41,477 bases of DNA, taken from positions 1 to 41,477 of IMG/VR virus record IMGVR_UViG_3300020016_000021, one strand, 5' to 3'. This DNA comes from a virus (lineage: Duplodnaviria > Caudoviricetes). Below the pieces are notes generated by a model. That model was not told where the DNA came from. It saw only the letters and a list, made by a program, of their open reading frames with translations, and searched no databases. Positions 32,272 through 41,455 of this stretch are shown here, one piece after another; the first letter of the stretch is position 1; each line of letters begins with the position of its first letter. A program made the translations under genes and the position numbers.

Positions 32272-34081
32272 GGCGGTCAACCAGGCACAGGTAGCTGCGC
32301 AGACTCCCCGGATCGTGTGCAGCCTTGCGGAACAGACGTCGGGAGCAGTAGTCCTCAAGCGTCTCCCGGAAGCTGTCCGGTTTGAGCCCGAAGGCCTCGG
32401 CCACCTGATCAGTGAACTGGAACGAGCCTTCCAAGAGGGCGTCCGTGTCGAAGGGTCCGACGTTGATCACGGTGTGCAACTCGTGGCGGGGCGTGTTCTT
32501 GAACTGACCCCTGTTCTGGTTGGTGAGCAGGCGTCCGCCCGCGCGTGACAGGGCGTCATAGACGATGAGCTCGGCCGCCGCGACGAGACCGTCCGGGACC
32601 GCGTCGGCCTGCGGCTCCTGCCCCTGCGTACCGGGCAGCGCGTTCGGGACCGGGGCGGGCTCGGGGGGTGCAAGCTCTCCACCGGAGCTGACAGTGGCGT
32701 CCACGCCCGCCGCAACGGGCTGTACCTCGATGTCGAGGCCGAGCGCTTCGGCTACGGCCGGGTCGGCCAGCAGGGTGGGAGCGCCAATGACGATCTTCTC
32801 CAGCAGGCGCCTGGTGCGCTCGGTGACATCCGGCATGGCGTCCAGGGGCACGCCGTTCTCGGTCAGCATGTACTCGTCACTGATCAGGATCTTGTCGTAC
32901 AGGTCGCGCAGGTTCTCGGTGTCGTCCGGCCGGGCAACGATGGACGTGGTATCCCACCCGAGCTCGAAGCGCTCCGCGCGGCCGGGGTCCATGCCCATGG
33001 CCTTGAGTGCGGGGATCAGCCAGTGGTCGGTGATGATGTCGCCGACCGTTTTGAGCAGCGGTTCGATGTAGATCTTGTATGTGGACTCCTCAACCTGCCA
33101 GGCGGACCAGTGGTTGGACTCGCCCTGGGTGCCGCGCGCGACGTCGTTGGGCATGTCGAGGGTGGCGCCGAGGCGGTTGATGGCGTCCTGGCGCAGCTCC
33201 ACCACGGTGCCGTCGAACGCGGTATTGAGGTCGAAGTGGGCGAACGCGCCGCCGTTGGCGATGAGCTCGCCGGGCGCGTTGAACGCGAGAGGGACCTGAG
33301 ACGCGGCCTGACCGGGGTTCTGCAGGCCGAGCTCGGCGGTGTTCATGAGGGAGGCCATGAAGTCTTCGCCAGAGGCGGAGAGCTCGTCGGCAAGGATGGC
33401 GACACCGTTGGTGGCGATGCGGGAGTCGAGGCGGGCCGCGATGTTCTGCGAGGCCTTTTCGATCTCGCGGCAGACGGGCAGCGCGGGCCGCATGGCGCTG
33501 TCGGCCCGGGACTGGTCGTCCGGGTGCGGGGACCACGCGCGGATGAGCCGGTCGGTGGCCGGGTTGAGCGTGATCAGCTCCATCGTGATCGGGTCGGTGT
33601 ACTGCCAGCTGTCGCCCTTGGCCTTGATCTTGCTGCCGGACAGCACGAGCCATTCATCGGGGTCGCCCGCACGGCGGGAGGGCCGGACGATGATCCAGCA
33701 CTCGCCTGCAACCTGCCAGCACAGGGCGATGAGCCGAAGCAGCCCCAGGCGCTTGGCAGGCCCGCCGAGCACGCTGGCTGCCGCTGCTTGGGCCTGTGCA
33801 TCATCTGTGGGCCCGGTCGGCGTACCCGTGGTGTCATCCAACTCGGTGGCGTACACGTCGGCCTGGGACACGGCGTTGGCGATCCACACCAGCGGCCCGC
33901 GTGCCTCTCCCACGACGTCGAAGTAGTACCAGGCCTCTTTCTGCCACTGGTCGGTCGTGGCCGTGGCACGCGCCCGGGCGACCGCTTTGACACCGGGGCC
34001 GGACAGCGGAACGGCAGCCGCGACCATGGTCTTGGCTGCGACCTCCCGGGGCTCGCCCCGCAGACGGGTCAGGAGTCCCAT
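32264..34081 (-). CDS. Portal protein
   Basis: WQKEAWYYFDVVGE, W.PHP....ADS, RL...LD.P, NHWSAWQ; follows terminase. Confidence 0.88.
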   Translation of the reverse strand: MGLLTRLRGEPREVAAKTMVAAAVPLSGPGVKAVARARATATTDQWQKEAWYYFDVVGEARGPLVWIANAVSQADVYATELDDTTGTPTGPTDDAQAQAAAASVLGGPAKRLGLLRLIALCWQVAGECWIIVRPSRRAGDPDEWLVLSGSKIKAKGDSWQYTDPITMELITLNPATDRLIRAWSPHPDDQSRADSAMRPALPVCREIEKASQNIAARLDSRIATNGVAILADELSASGEDFMASLMNTAELGLQNPGQAASQVPLAFNAPGELIANGGAFAHFDLNTAFDGTVVELRQDAINRLGATLDMPNDVARGTQGESNHWSAWQVEESTYKIYIEPLLKTVGDIITDHWLIPALKAMGMDPGRAERFELGWDTTSIVARPDDTENLRDLYDKILISDEYMLTENGVPLDAMPDVTERTRRLLEKIVIGAPTLLADPAVAEALGLDIEVQPVAAGVDATVSSGGELAPPEPAPVPNALPGTQGQEPQADAVPDGLVAAAELIVYDALSRAGGRLLTNQNRGQFKNTPRHELHTVINVGPFDTDALLEGSFQFTDQVAEAFGLKPDSFRETLEDYCSRRLFRKAAHDPGSLRSYLCLVDRRG

Positions 34082-34371
34082 CACTCACCTTCCTTGCTGG
34101 CCAGCCAGCCCGTGACGTGGCTGAACGTGAGGGCCAGGACGGGAGCCCATGGCCAGGACCACAGACCGAATCCGGCGCCTGCGGCTGCTACGGCGGCGCC
34201 CGTGTAGAACGACATGCACCAGTCGCAGACCAGGACGTAGGCGAGCAGCCCGTCCTCATTGAGGCGCAGGAGCACCTTGCGGCGCAGCGCGTGCGTGATG
34301 CGGTCGCGGGTGATGAGCCGGGTGATACGGGCGGTGAGCAGGGCCGCTACGGCGACGGTGATCGGTTCCAT
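34081..34371 (-). CDS. DUF1360-like membrane protein
   Basis: ARITRLITRD.I...LR and L.C.WC.S.Y motifs; hydrophobic. Confidence 0.7.
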   Translation of the reverse strand: MEPITVAVAALLTARITRLITRDRITHALRRKVLLRLNEDGLLAYVLVCDWCMSFYTGAAVAAAGAGFGLWSWPWAPVLALTFSHVTGWLASKEGE

Positions 34372-34378
34372 TGTGCTC

Positions 34379-35830
34379 CTATGATGCCCGTCGTTCATTG
34401 GCGCGTCGCCGTGCGGCGATGGCGGGGTGCTCTCCGGTGGCGTTCCGGCCCTTGAGGGCGTGCGGGGAGAGGAACTGGGTCTCGGCCCGGTCGTACTTCT
34501 TCATGAGGTGGGCGACCGCGTGGACCATGGCGTCCAGCCGGTCCGGGGACATGGTCGGGTCCTCCTCGGGGATCCAGGTGGTCAGCTGGTCCTCGAGGTC
34601 GGGGAACTGGCCGACGTGGCAGACGCGGCCCTGCTCGTAGCGCATGGCGACGGGCTGGGCGCGCAGGCGCTTGCCTTGGGAGGCGTTGACGCGCCGCAGG
34701 GGGGCGGTGTGGGCTGCGCCCTCACGCTCCTTGTACACGGCGCGCAGGACGGATTCGATCCAGTCTTTGCCGCCGTTGTCCTCGACGATCAGCAGCGTGC
34801 CGGACCAGGTTTCCATGAGCCCCCAGGCGCGGGCGGCTGCGTCGTTGGGGCTCAACTTCTCTGAGCCGTCGTGCAGGACGTAGCTCTTGCCGTCCGCGCC
34901 CCGGCCGACCACGATGAGACCGGTTTCGTCACCGGTGCCGGTACCGGCGGGGTCCATGCCTACGACGATGTCGATCATCTCGGGGGCGATGTCGACGCGC
35001 GAGCCGTCGATGTGGCGCCGGGCGACCATGGCGCCGGGAAGGTCTTCCAGGACCTCTGCATCGAGCTCTTGGCGGCCGAGGGTGGTCCCTTCGTACTTGG
35101 CCACGACCGCGCGCTGAAAGGTGGGCGCCAGGTTGTGCAGGTTGTCATACGTGGTGCCCTTGGTGAGCGCGGTGCGCTCGTCTTTGACGAGCTGCTTGAT
35201 CAGGGGCAGCGGCCGGGGCGTGGTGGTGATGCAGATCTGCGGGTGGCTGCCCAGGCGCATGCCGAGCTGCGCCATGTCCCAGGCCTCTTGCAGGTAGCGC
35301 CACGCGGCCATCTCGTCGAACCAGCCGTAGTGGTGCTGGGGGCCGCGCAGGCGGTTGGGCTCGTCGGCCGAGTAGAGCGTCTGGATAGCGCCGTTGGGGT
35401 AGGTCAGCTGCCGCTTGGACGGGTTGTAGATCGGCCGGAAGGTGGCGGGGGCCACAGCGAGGATGCCCGACTCGCCCTGCACGAGGATGTCGCGGGTGTC
35501 GGCGGCCGTCGGCCCGACCAGCGCGCCGCGCCCCTTGGGACCGTGCTTGCGGGCCTGCTCGATGCACCACTCTGCGCCCATGCGCGTCTTACCGAACCCG
35601 CGTCCGGCCAGCGCCATCCAAACGTCCCACTCCCAGTCCGGGGCGAGTTGGGAGGCGCGGGCGTGAGGCCCCGGGTTACCGGGATGCGGACGTCCGTCAC
35701 ATCCCGGCCGGTTGCAGCGCCACGGTACCTTGCCCGCCTGACGATCCTGAATCGCCTGTTCCAGGATGGATTCCAGGCGGGTCAGATCCGCAGGATCCAT
35801 CGCCTGAAGATCCGCCCTGGTTGGCTTCAC
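34379..35830 (-). CDS. terL: Terminase large subunit
   Basis: AGRGFGKT (Walker A), LRGPQ..WFDE (Walker B), TTTP, GMDPA, SPDRLDA; GTG 35830. Confidence 0.95.
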   Translation of the reverse strand: MKPTRADLQAMDPADLTRLESILEQAIQDRQAGKVPWRCNRPGCDGRPHPGNPGPHARASQLAPDWEWDVWMALAGRGFGKTRMGAEWCIEQARKHGPKGRGALVGPTAADTRDILVQGESGILAVAPATFRPIYNPSKRQLTYPNGAIQTLYSADEPNRLRGPQHHYGWFDEMAAWRYLQEAWDMAQLGMRLGSHPQICITTTPRPLPLIKQLVKDERTALTKGTTYDNLHNLAPTFQRAVVAKYEGTTLGRQELDAEVLEDLPGAMVARRHIDGSRVDIAPEMIDIVVGMDPAGTGTGDETGLIVVGRGADGKSYVLHDGSEKLSPNDAAARAWGLMETWSGTLLIVEDNGGKDWIESVLRAVYKEREGAAHTAPLRRVNASQGKRLRAQPVAMRYEQGRVCHVGQFPDLEDQLTTWIPEEDPTMSPDRLDAMVHAVAHLMKKYDRAETQFLSPHALKGRNATGEHPAIAARRRANERRAS

Positions 35831-36324
35831 TGGTCGTCTGCCCCGCCTGCGAACTCCCGCTGGAGCGTTTCCACAAGGGCTTCCACGCGGGTGATCTGTT
35901 CCGAGGTCTTCCCGGTGGACCGCTCGGCCATCAGCAGGCTGTTCTGCTCCACACGGGCCATGGCCACCAGCGCCTGCGTCCACAGCATGGTGGGGTCGAC
36001 GCTCTTGAGGATGAAGTAGTTCAGGCGGGTGGACAGGTGGTCGCGCAGCTTGTCCATGAGCGCGAGGTTCTTGTCCCGGGACTCGGCCAGCTGGCTGACC
36101 AGACCATCGGTCTCGGCCGCCTTGAGATGCCGGTCGAACGCCCGTACGCGCTCCACCCAACTGTGCATGGACGACCAGCGGGTCATGAGCTGCCACGACT
36201 TGCCGGTGCCCTCGCACACCTTGGCGATGGTCCGATCGTCGCCCATGTCGAGGTACATGCGGAACGCCGCATAGGCGACGCTCGTCTCGTCGTCCTTGCG
36301 CAGCCATTCGTATTCAGCGGGCAT
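35827..36324 (-). CDS. Probable terminase small subunit
   Basis: ET..AYAAF..YL..G..R, RWS..H.W.ER..A.D pattern; directly upstream of terL. Confidence 0.65.
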   Translation of the reverse strand: MPAEYEWLRKDDETSVAYAAFRMYLDMGDDRTIAKVCEGTGKSWQLMTRWSSMHSWVERVRAFDRHLKAAETDGLVSQLAESRDKNLALMDKLRDHLSTRLNYFILKSVDPTMLWTQALVAMARVEQNSLLMAERSTGKTSEQITRVEALVETLQREFAGGADDQ

Positions 36325-36334
36325 GCCGTCCTCC

Positions 36335-36847
36335 TCAGCTCACCTTCCTGCACAGGAAGTAGTCGTTGTTGTCCTGGGCCAGCGTCACCAGCACGCCCGT
36401 GTAGCCCGCCGGGCATGCCTGCGCAGGCTCGCCCTGGTCACCTTGCGGTCCGGCCGGACCCTGGGGCCCTGTCGGGCCCGGTTCGCCTGACGGTCCAGGC
36501 GGGCCAGCCGGGCCGGGAACTCCCACTGAGCCCACAGGCCCCTGTACCCCATCCCGTCCGTCCGTCCCGTCTGTCCCGGGCGGGCCGCTCGGGCCCACGG
36601 GCCCCGGGGATCCGTCCGTGCCGTTCCGTCCGTCGACCCCATCGCGTCCGTCCTTGCCGTTCGTACCGGTGTCGCCCTTGGGTCCGGCGACCGGGACACC
36701 GCCGAGGGAGCGCACCTGCTGCGCGAGGGCGGTGCGGTCTTTCTCGGCGGTGTCGAGGCGCTCGGCGATGCCCTGTCCGTACGCGATGGCGTAGGCCACG
36801 GCGACGGACAGGGCGATGACCACGAGCCACCAGCGGAGCGCCTTCAT
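36335..36847 (-). CDS. Membrane-anchored collagen-like (Gly-X-Y) protein in the lysis cassette
   Basis: N-terminal TM, coiled coil LAQQVRSLG, about 25 G-X-Y triplets, C-terminal CPAGY...C. Confidence 0.8.
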   Translation of the reverse strand: MKALRWWLVVIALSVAVAYAIAYGQGIAERLDTAEKDRTALAQQVRSLGGVPVAGPKGDTGTNGKDGRDGVDGRNGTDGSPGPVGPSGPPGTDGTDGRDGVQGPVGSVGVPGPAGPPGPSGEPGPTGPQGPAGPQGDQGEPAQACPAGYTGVLVTLAQDNNDYFLCRKVS

Positions 36848-37104
36848 GACTTCCCCAGTACGAGGTAAAGGATGATGCCCACGATGACAGGGGCCACCAC
36901 AGCCGTCCACACCCAGGTTTTCATCGCCTCGGCACGGGCCTTCTGGTCGGCGACTTCCTTGGCCACAGCGGCCAGCTGGAGTTCGGCGACTTTCTGGCTG
37001 GCCGCGTACTGCTCCTGTGTGACGTAACGGCTCATCTCGGAAAGGATCCGGGACACGTCGGACTGCAGGTCGCGCAGGAGCTCGGGGATCGTGGGTTCAT
37101 CCAT
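36844..37104 (-). CDS. Membrane protein (holin-like / lysis accessory)
   Basis: Coiled coil plus C-terminal TM; directly downstream of endolysin. Confidence 0.65.
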   Translation of the reverse strand: MDEPTIPELLRDLQSDVSRILSEMSRYVTQEQYAASQKVAELQLAAVAKEVADQKARAEAMKTWVWTAVVAPVIVGIILYLVLGKS

Positions 37105-37114
37105 CAGGCGGGGG

Positions 37115-38191
37115 TCAGCTCATCGGCCAGGAGTGCATCTCCAGCCACGCTTCCTCAACCGTGACGGTGCCGGAGCCCTGGTGGGAGACGACCTTGAAGA
37201 CGAGCCTGTCACCGGCGGTGCCGATCATCGGTACCGAGACGCTGATGGGCATTTGGCCGAGGTCGCGGCCGGAGATCTCGCGCTTGACGGGGCTGTCGCC
37301 CTTGGGGGTGCCGTCGCTGTACTCCTCGGCCGCGTAGACGTGAACGATCTCCTCGCGCTTGAGGCCGGTCAGCACGAGGGTGAGCACCGCGCTGTACGTG
37401 ACGTTGTTGGCGACCGTTTTGCCGCCGTCGCCGTGGCCGTTGGCGTCGTCCGGGTATTCAGTGGTCCAGTAGATCGTCTGCGGGGCGCCGTCCAGAAGGG
37501 TGAGGTTCTCGCCACGGTAGAGGGTGGAGCGGTTCGGCTTCTCGGGCATGGTGGTCCCTGTCGTTGGAGGTACGGTGCCGTTCACGTAGGCCAGCACCCG
37601 GGCGAAGTCTATGTTGCCCGGGTCCCCATGATCGTTTTCGGGGACGTGCTGGTGGCCGAGCCACCCGTAGTAGGCGTTCCACTGCGCGCCGGACAGGTGG
37701 ACGTCGCGGCTGGACGGGTAGGGGATCCACTCCACCGTTGACTGCGCCCGGATGCCGTGGTTGTCCCTGCACCACCGGACGAAGTCGGCGAGCTCCTGCA
37801 GGGCCCAGTCAGGCGCGGCGGGCCAGTAGATGTAGTCCACGCCCGCGCGCAGGTTGCCCCACGAGACAGCCTTGCGGCTGTCGCAGGTGCCGACGAGTTC
37901 GACCTGCACGGCGTTGGCCGTGTTCGTCTCGACACCGCCGGGAGCGTTCACCAGGGCGCGCGAGGACTGGTCGATGTCGTAGTGCTGGAACCACCGTAGT
38001 TTCCTGTTAAGTAGGTCCGGCACGGCAGTCAGGTTGGGGGCCGAGGCGCCCCCGTCGTAGTCGGGAAGCGTCGTGCCCTCGGTGGTGTGCAGGACGCCTA
38101 CGTTCGACTCCATTGCGTTACCGGGGTAGCGCCCCTGGTACCTGTACTGCTGTGATGCCGGGGGGTACAGCTGGGGGCCTGATCGGGTCAT
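37115..38191 (-). CDS. Endolysin, N-acetylmuramoyl-L-alanine amidase type
   Basis: VLHTTEG, QVELVG, GHQHVPENDHGDPG zinc-amidase motifs. Confidence 0.88.
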   Translation of the reverse strand: MTRSGPQLYPPASQQYRYQGRYPGNAMESNVGVLHTTEGTTLPDYDGGASAPNLTAVPDLLNRKLRWFQHYDIDQSSRALVNAPGGVETNTANAVQVELVGTCDSRKAVSWGNLRAGVDYIYWPAAPDWALQELADFVRWCRDNHGIRAQSTVEWIPYPSSRDVHLSGAQWNAYYGWLGHQHVPENDHGDPGNIDFARVLAYVNGTVPPTTGTTMPEKPNRSTLYRGENLTLLDGAPQTIYWTTEYPDDANGHGDGGKTVANNVTYSAVLTLVLTGLKREEIVHVYAAEEYSDGTPKGDSPVKREISGRDLGQMPISVSVPMIGTAGDRLVFKVVSHQGSGTVTVEEAWLEMHSWPMS

Positions 38192-38232
38192 CGTCCCTGT
38201 CCTCCTCTGTCAGGAGATCAGCGTACGACGAA

Positions 38233-38261
38233 AGACCCCCTCACAGACAGTGAGGGGGTCT
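38233..38261 (-). terminator. Terminator separating the early block from the late operon
   Basis: 12-bp stem AGACCCCCTCAC / GTGAGGGGGTCT with a short T-run downstream on the minus strand. Confidence 0.75.
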
Positions 38262-38273
38262 CGGTGATGCGGG

Positions 38274-38507
38274 TCAGCTGAGCAGCCCCCATGCGACCAC
38301 GCCGTGTTCCACGCGGCCGGTAACCGGGGTGGTGCCGTCCTCGCGCCGGTAGCGGTTGCTCCAGAACGTCACGCGAGCCTTGGCTGCGCCGGGGCTGTCG
38401 TACGGGCCCTCGTACTTCGTGACGGTGCCCTCACCCCTCCAGCCGGGCACGGTGGTGACAGCCCGGTACACCGGGGCGTCGGGGGCCATCGAGATCGAAC
38501 GGGCCAT
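38274..38507 (-). CDS. Hypothetical protein (YEGPY..PGAA.ARV.FW)
   Basis: GAGGAG RBS, 77 aa. Confidence 0.7.
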   Translation of the reverse strand: MARSISMAPDAPVYRAVTTVPGWRGEGTVTKYEGPYDSPGAAKARVTFWSNRYRREDGTTPVTGRVEHGVVAWGLLS

Positions 38508-38518
38508 GATCAGTCTCC

Positions 38519-38581
38519 TCAGTGGCCGTGACCGGCGGGGACCCACCAGCCGCACTTTTCGCAGTAGATGTACTCGGTCAT
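38519..38581 (-). CDS. 20-aa CxxC...HxH micro-protein (MTEYIYCEKCGWWVPAGHGH)
   Basis: ATGA overlap with the upstream stop; its own stop abuts the next RBS. Confidence 0.55.
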   Translation of the reverse strand: MTEYIYCEKCGWWVPAGHGH

Positions 38582-38910
38582 TCCGTCCCTGCTTCCTTGT
38601 CGGTCCGGCTGAGCCATTCGCTCGGCCGGGTCACCACCCAGCGGTTCGGGTGGCTGGTGTCGCGCACTGCGCTGACCTGCACTTCTTCCTCGGGGCCCCT
38701 CTCGGGGACCGGTGGGGGAGCGGGGTTAGATGCAGGGGGCACGGGCTTGCGGGCGGCCCAGACGATCGCCCCCCAACCCACGATCCACAAGCCGAGGACG
38801 AACGCGGTCGGGGAGAGCGCCCACAGCCCGCAGGCGAGCCCGAGGACGGCCGCCGAGATGACGGCCGCCCCCGCGCAGCCGGAGTGCTCCTCCGGCTCGT
38901 CTACCTCCAC
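38578..38910 (-). CDS. Two-TM membrane protein (start uncertain)
   Basis: Hydrophobic hairpin followed by a Pro-rich linker. Confidence 0.6.
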   Translation of the reverse strand: MEVDEPEEHSGCAGAAVISAAVLGLACGLWALSPTAFVLGLWIVGWGAIVWAARKPVPPASNPAPPPVPERGPEEEVQVSAVRDTSHPNRWVVTRPSEWLSRTDKEAGTE

Positions 38911-39098
38911 CGGTAGGCCCCCAGGATCCTCCGGCGGATCTGCATCCGGTTCTTGATCTGGCGTTCTGTGGGCACGGTCCAGGAGTGCCATCCGATCCCG
39001 GCTCGCCATCGCTGGTAGTGCCCGCGCTCCGGGACCCCGCACTCCCTGCATGCGGACGGGGTCAGGGCGAACAGGTACTGACGGTGGTAGGCGTCCAT
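38901..39098 (-). CDS. 65-aa Zn-binding hypothetical protein
   Basis: PSACRECG..ERGH.QRW...GWH.W..PT..QIK.RM; TGATG coupling. Confidence 0.65.
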   Translation of the reverse strand: MDAYHRQYLFALTPSACRECGVPERGHYQRWRAGIGWHSWTVPTERQIKNRMQIRRRILGAYRWR

Positions 39099-39616
39099 CA
39101 CAGTGCCCCCGTCAGCCAGGCGCCCGAGATGTTCACGGCCGACGCCAGGGGGACTGCGACCGTCGCCGCAACCCCGGCCGAGCAGCTCATCAGGATGCCG
39201 GAGATCAGTCCCCGGATCTTCGACGGACTCGTGCCGCCCTTCCGGACCCGGATGACCGTCACCAAGATCAGGAGACCGGCCATGAAGATTCCTCCGGGGG
39301 TCAGGGCCACGTCGGCAATGCGGGACGCCTCTTGGCGCTGACCCCCCAGCCCTGCCACGTAGGCGGCATCTCCGAGCCAGCCCGCACCCCAGATGAACCA
39401 ACCGGTGGCCAGGCCCACCAGGCCACCCACGCAGAGCGTCAGAACGGCGCCAACACACCAGGTCCACAGGAAGGATCCGAGGCTGGCAGCCCACTTGGTC
39501 GGGTGCTTGCGCAGGGCCGTCAGGCCCGGGTACCAGTCAGCCAGTTCGATCACCAGGCAGGCGAACCCGATGAAGAGGGCGCCGTAGCTGAAGTACTCGG
39601 GGGCGGTCACGTTCAC
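39098..39616 (-). CDS. Multi-pass membrane protein
   Basis: GTG 39616 with GGAGG RBS; 4-5 hydrophobic segments. Confidence 0.7.
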   Translation of the reverse strand: MNVTAPEYFSYGALFIGFACLVIELADWYPGLTALRKHPTKWAASLGSFLWTWCVGAVLTLCVGGLVGLATGWFIWGAGWLGDAAYVAGLGGQRQEASRIADVALTPGGIFMAGLLILVTVIRVRKGGTSPSKIRGLISGILMSCSAGVAATVAVPLASAVNISGAWLTGAL

Positions 39617-40515
39617 GACTCCTCCTTCACGTACTTCAGGAGCCTCTCGGCCCGGGCCTGACCGACTTTGGCGTAGTCCTTGAGGCCGCGCACGGTCGGC
39701 TTGACTGCGTTGGCGACGTACTCGTACGCGACGGGCAGGTACTCGTCGTCCCCGAGGTTCAGGTGCACCGCACCCGCGTCCTCGGGTACGTAGTCGAGTG
39801 CACTGGCGCACCCGCACCCGTCCGGGCACTCGGGCGAGTGCACGGTGTACCCCGCCTCGAGTACGTCGTCCTGGGGGGCGGGTACAACCCGCAGGTACGG
39901 GACAGGTGCGTCGGGGTCGCCGTACTCGGCCGCGCTCCACTCCTCGGGTACGTACTCGGGCGCCTTCACCGCACCCGCGTACTGCACCTGCGTACCAGGT
40001 ACGTCCTCGGGCCCCGTACCCGCCTCCAGACCCCACAGGAGCTCTTGGCGGGTACGGGCGTACTTCAACGAGTACACCCGCCACACGATCAGGGGTGCGA
40101 CTGCACCCACGGCCGCGATAACCGGCCACTCGACTCGGAGTACACCGCCTGCGATCAGGTGCGAGGCGACGTTGGCCGCGACCATGGCGAGTACGGCGAC
40201 GAACACATCCCGGCGCTGCTGGAGTGCACGGACCACGTACAGGTCAAGCGCACCGGGTACAGCGAGTGCGACGTACTCGTTGAAGTGCGCGGCGGTCGCC
40301 AAGGTGTACTCGGCGTGAGCTGTGGAGACGAGTGCGCACCCGAGTGCACCCCACAGGATCCAGTCTCTGCGCCCGGGTGCGGGCACATACGTACTCGCAC
40401 CCGGGGTACGCCGCAGCCATGCGGGTACGAGCTTCATGAGTGCACCCGGGTGCACGGGCAGGTGCTCTTGCCCATCTGAGCGGTGCACCCGGTCTTCTCG
40501 TTCCAGTGCACCTGC
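39590..40515. repeat. Dense array of short GRGTRC / GYACYC motifs within and around the Spd-like gene
   Basis: Dozens of GAGTAC, GGGTAC, GAGTGC, GGGTGC, GTACTC, GCACCC, GTGCAC, e.g. GAGTGCGCACCCGAGTGCACCC at 40330 and GAGTGCACCCGGGTGCAC at 40438. Confidence 0.75.
39613..40437 (-). CDS. Spd/DUF2637-like membrane protein with C-terminal HTH-like tail
   Basis: 4 TM segments (STAHAEYTLA..A, ALAVPGALDLY, AMVAANVASH, AVGAVAPL), acidic linker, PTVRGLK...KVGQARAERL; resembles Streptomyces plasmid spread proteins. Confidence 0.6.
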   Translation of the reverse strand: MKLVPAWLRRTPGASTYVPAPGRRDWILWGALGCALVSTAHAEYTLATAAHFNEYVALAVPGALDLYVVRALQQRRDVFVAVLAMVAANVASHLIAGGVLRVEWPVIAAVGAVAPLIVWRVYSLKYARTRQELLWGLEAGTGPEDVPGTQVQYAGAVKAPEYVPEEWSAAEYGDPDAPVPYLRVVPAPQDDVLEAGYTVHSPECPDGCGCASALDYVPEDAGAVHLNLGDDEYLPVAYEYVANAVKPTVRGLKDYAKVGQARAERLLKYVKEES

Positions 40516-41072
40516 CATACATGCCCGCACGAGGTGCAGTAGACCGGGTCGGCTGCGAACAGCTCGTCGTCCCACGTGGGCTGCGGGTGCTCCCTGGCGG
40601 GTTCGGGCATGGATGCTGCGATGGCCGCGAGGGCGTCCTTGAAGCCTTCGGTGAACCTGGCGAAGCTCTCGAGCGGGTTGCGGATGGGGAGTGGCGGCCG
40701 GGGGTCCTCAGGGAACCCGACGTCCTTGGGCTCAGGGTCGGCCGCGCACTCGCACTCGCGGAGGTGGGCGCAGGCTTCCGGCGACACGTCCACGTACTTC
40801 GCCTGGGGCGCCTGGTGGAGCGCCATGATCTCGGCGACCTGAGCGGACACCATGGCCCGTACGTCGCCGGGCGTCATCGGTGCGGGGGTCGGCTGGACGT
40901 TGGGGTACAGCCACTCGCCGAGAACTTCGTGCAGTCGGATCACGGTCTCGCGGTACGTGCTGACCTCGGCGTACCCGTCGCTGTCCCGCCCACGGAAGAT
41001 CAGGTGATCACCGTGAACCCTGATCTGCAGGCGGTCTCCGTCTCCATCGGTGTGACGGAAGATCTCGGTCAT
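40434..41072 (-). CDS. Hypothetical protein with C-terminal Cys/His cluster
   Basis: 212 aa; C.SCGH....H.....C......CPC. Confidence 0.7.
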   Translation of the reverse strand: MTEIFRHTDGDGDRLQIRVHGDHLIFRGRDSDGYAEVSTYRETVIRLHEVLGEWLYPNVQPTPAPMTPGDVRAMVSAQVAEIMALHQAPQAKYVDVSPEACAHLRECECAADPEPKDVGFPEDPRPPLPIRNPLESFARFTEGFKDALAAIAASMPEPAREHPQPTWDDELFAADPVYCTSCGHVWQVHWNEKTGCTAQMGKSTCPCTRVHS

Positions 41073-41455
41073 CAGTTGTCCTCTCCGGGCACCCAGTGAG
41101 CCCAGTCCTTGGGCCCGGGGCCCGTCAGCTGCCTGTACTTGACCCCGACGCGGCCGGTGTCCTCGTGCTTGGCCCAGTGGGCCACCAGGGGGAGCGCTCC
41201 GGCCCGCAGGGCCAGGTCCTGCACGGCCAGCCGCTCAGCCGGGGAGATCACCGGGTTGGTGATCTTGCACTGAATGAAGAGCAAGTTCGAGCAGTCGCTC
41301 TCATCCTTCGGCCACCAGTCCGTGGCCGTGACCGCTACCACGTCCACTGCCCCGCGTGACCCGGAAGAGCGCAGGCACGTGTACCCGTGTTCTTCCAGGT
41401 CCGCCATGACCCGGAGCTCGAAGTTGGCGCCCTGCCGGTTGGTGTTACGCGCCAT
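41072..41455 (-). CDS. Hjc-type Holliday junction resolvase
   Basis: G.NFE.RV...L...GY...RSSGSRG.VDVVA...FIQCK. Confidence 0.85.
   Translation of the reverse strand: MARNTNRQGANFELRVMADLEEHGYTCLRSSGSRGAVDVVAVTATDWWPKDESDCSNLLFIQCKITNPVISPAERLAVQDLALRAGALPLVAHWAKHEDTGRVGVKYRQLTGPGPKDWAHWVPGEDN

Noticed and set aside
36440-36690. CCGT/GGGCC-rich low-complexity repeats
   Set aside because: Explained by Gly-X-Y collagen coding
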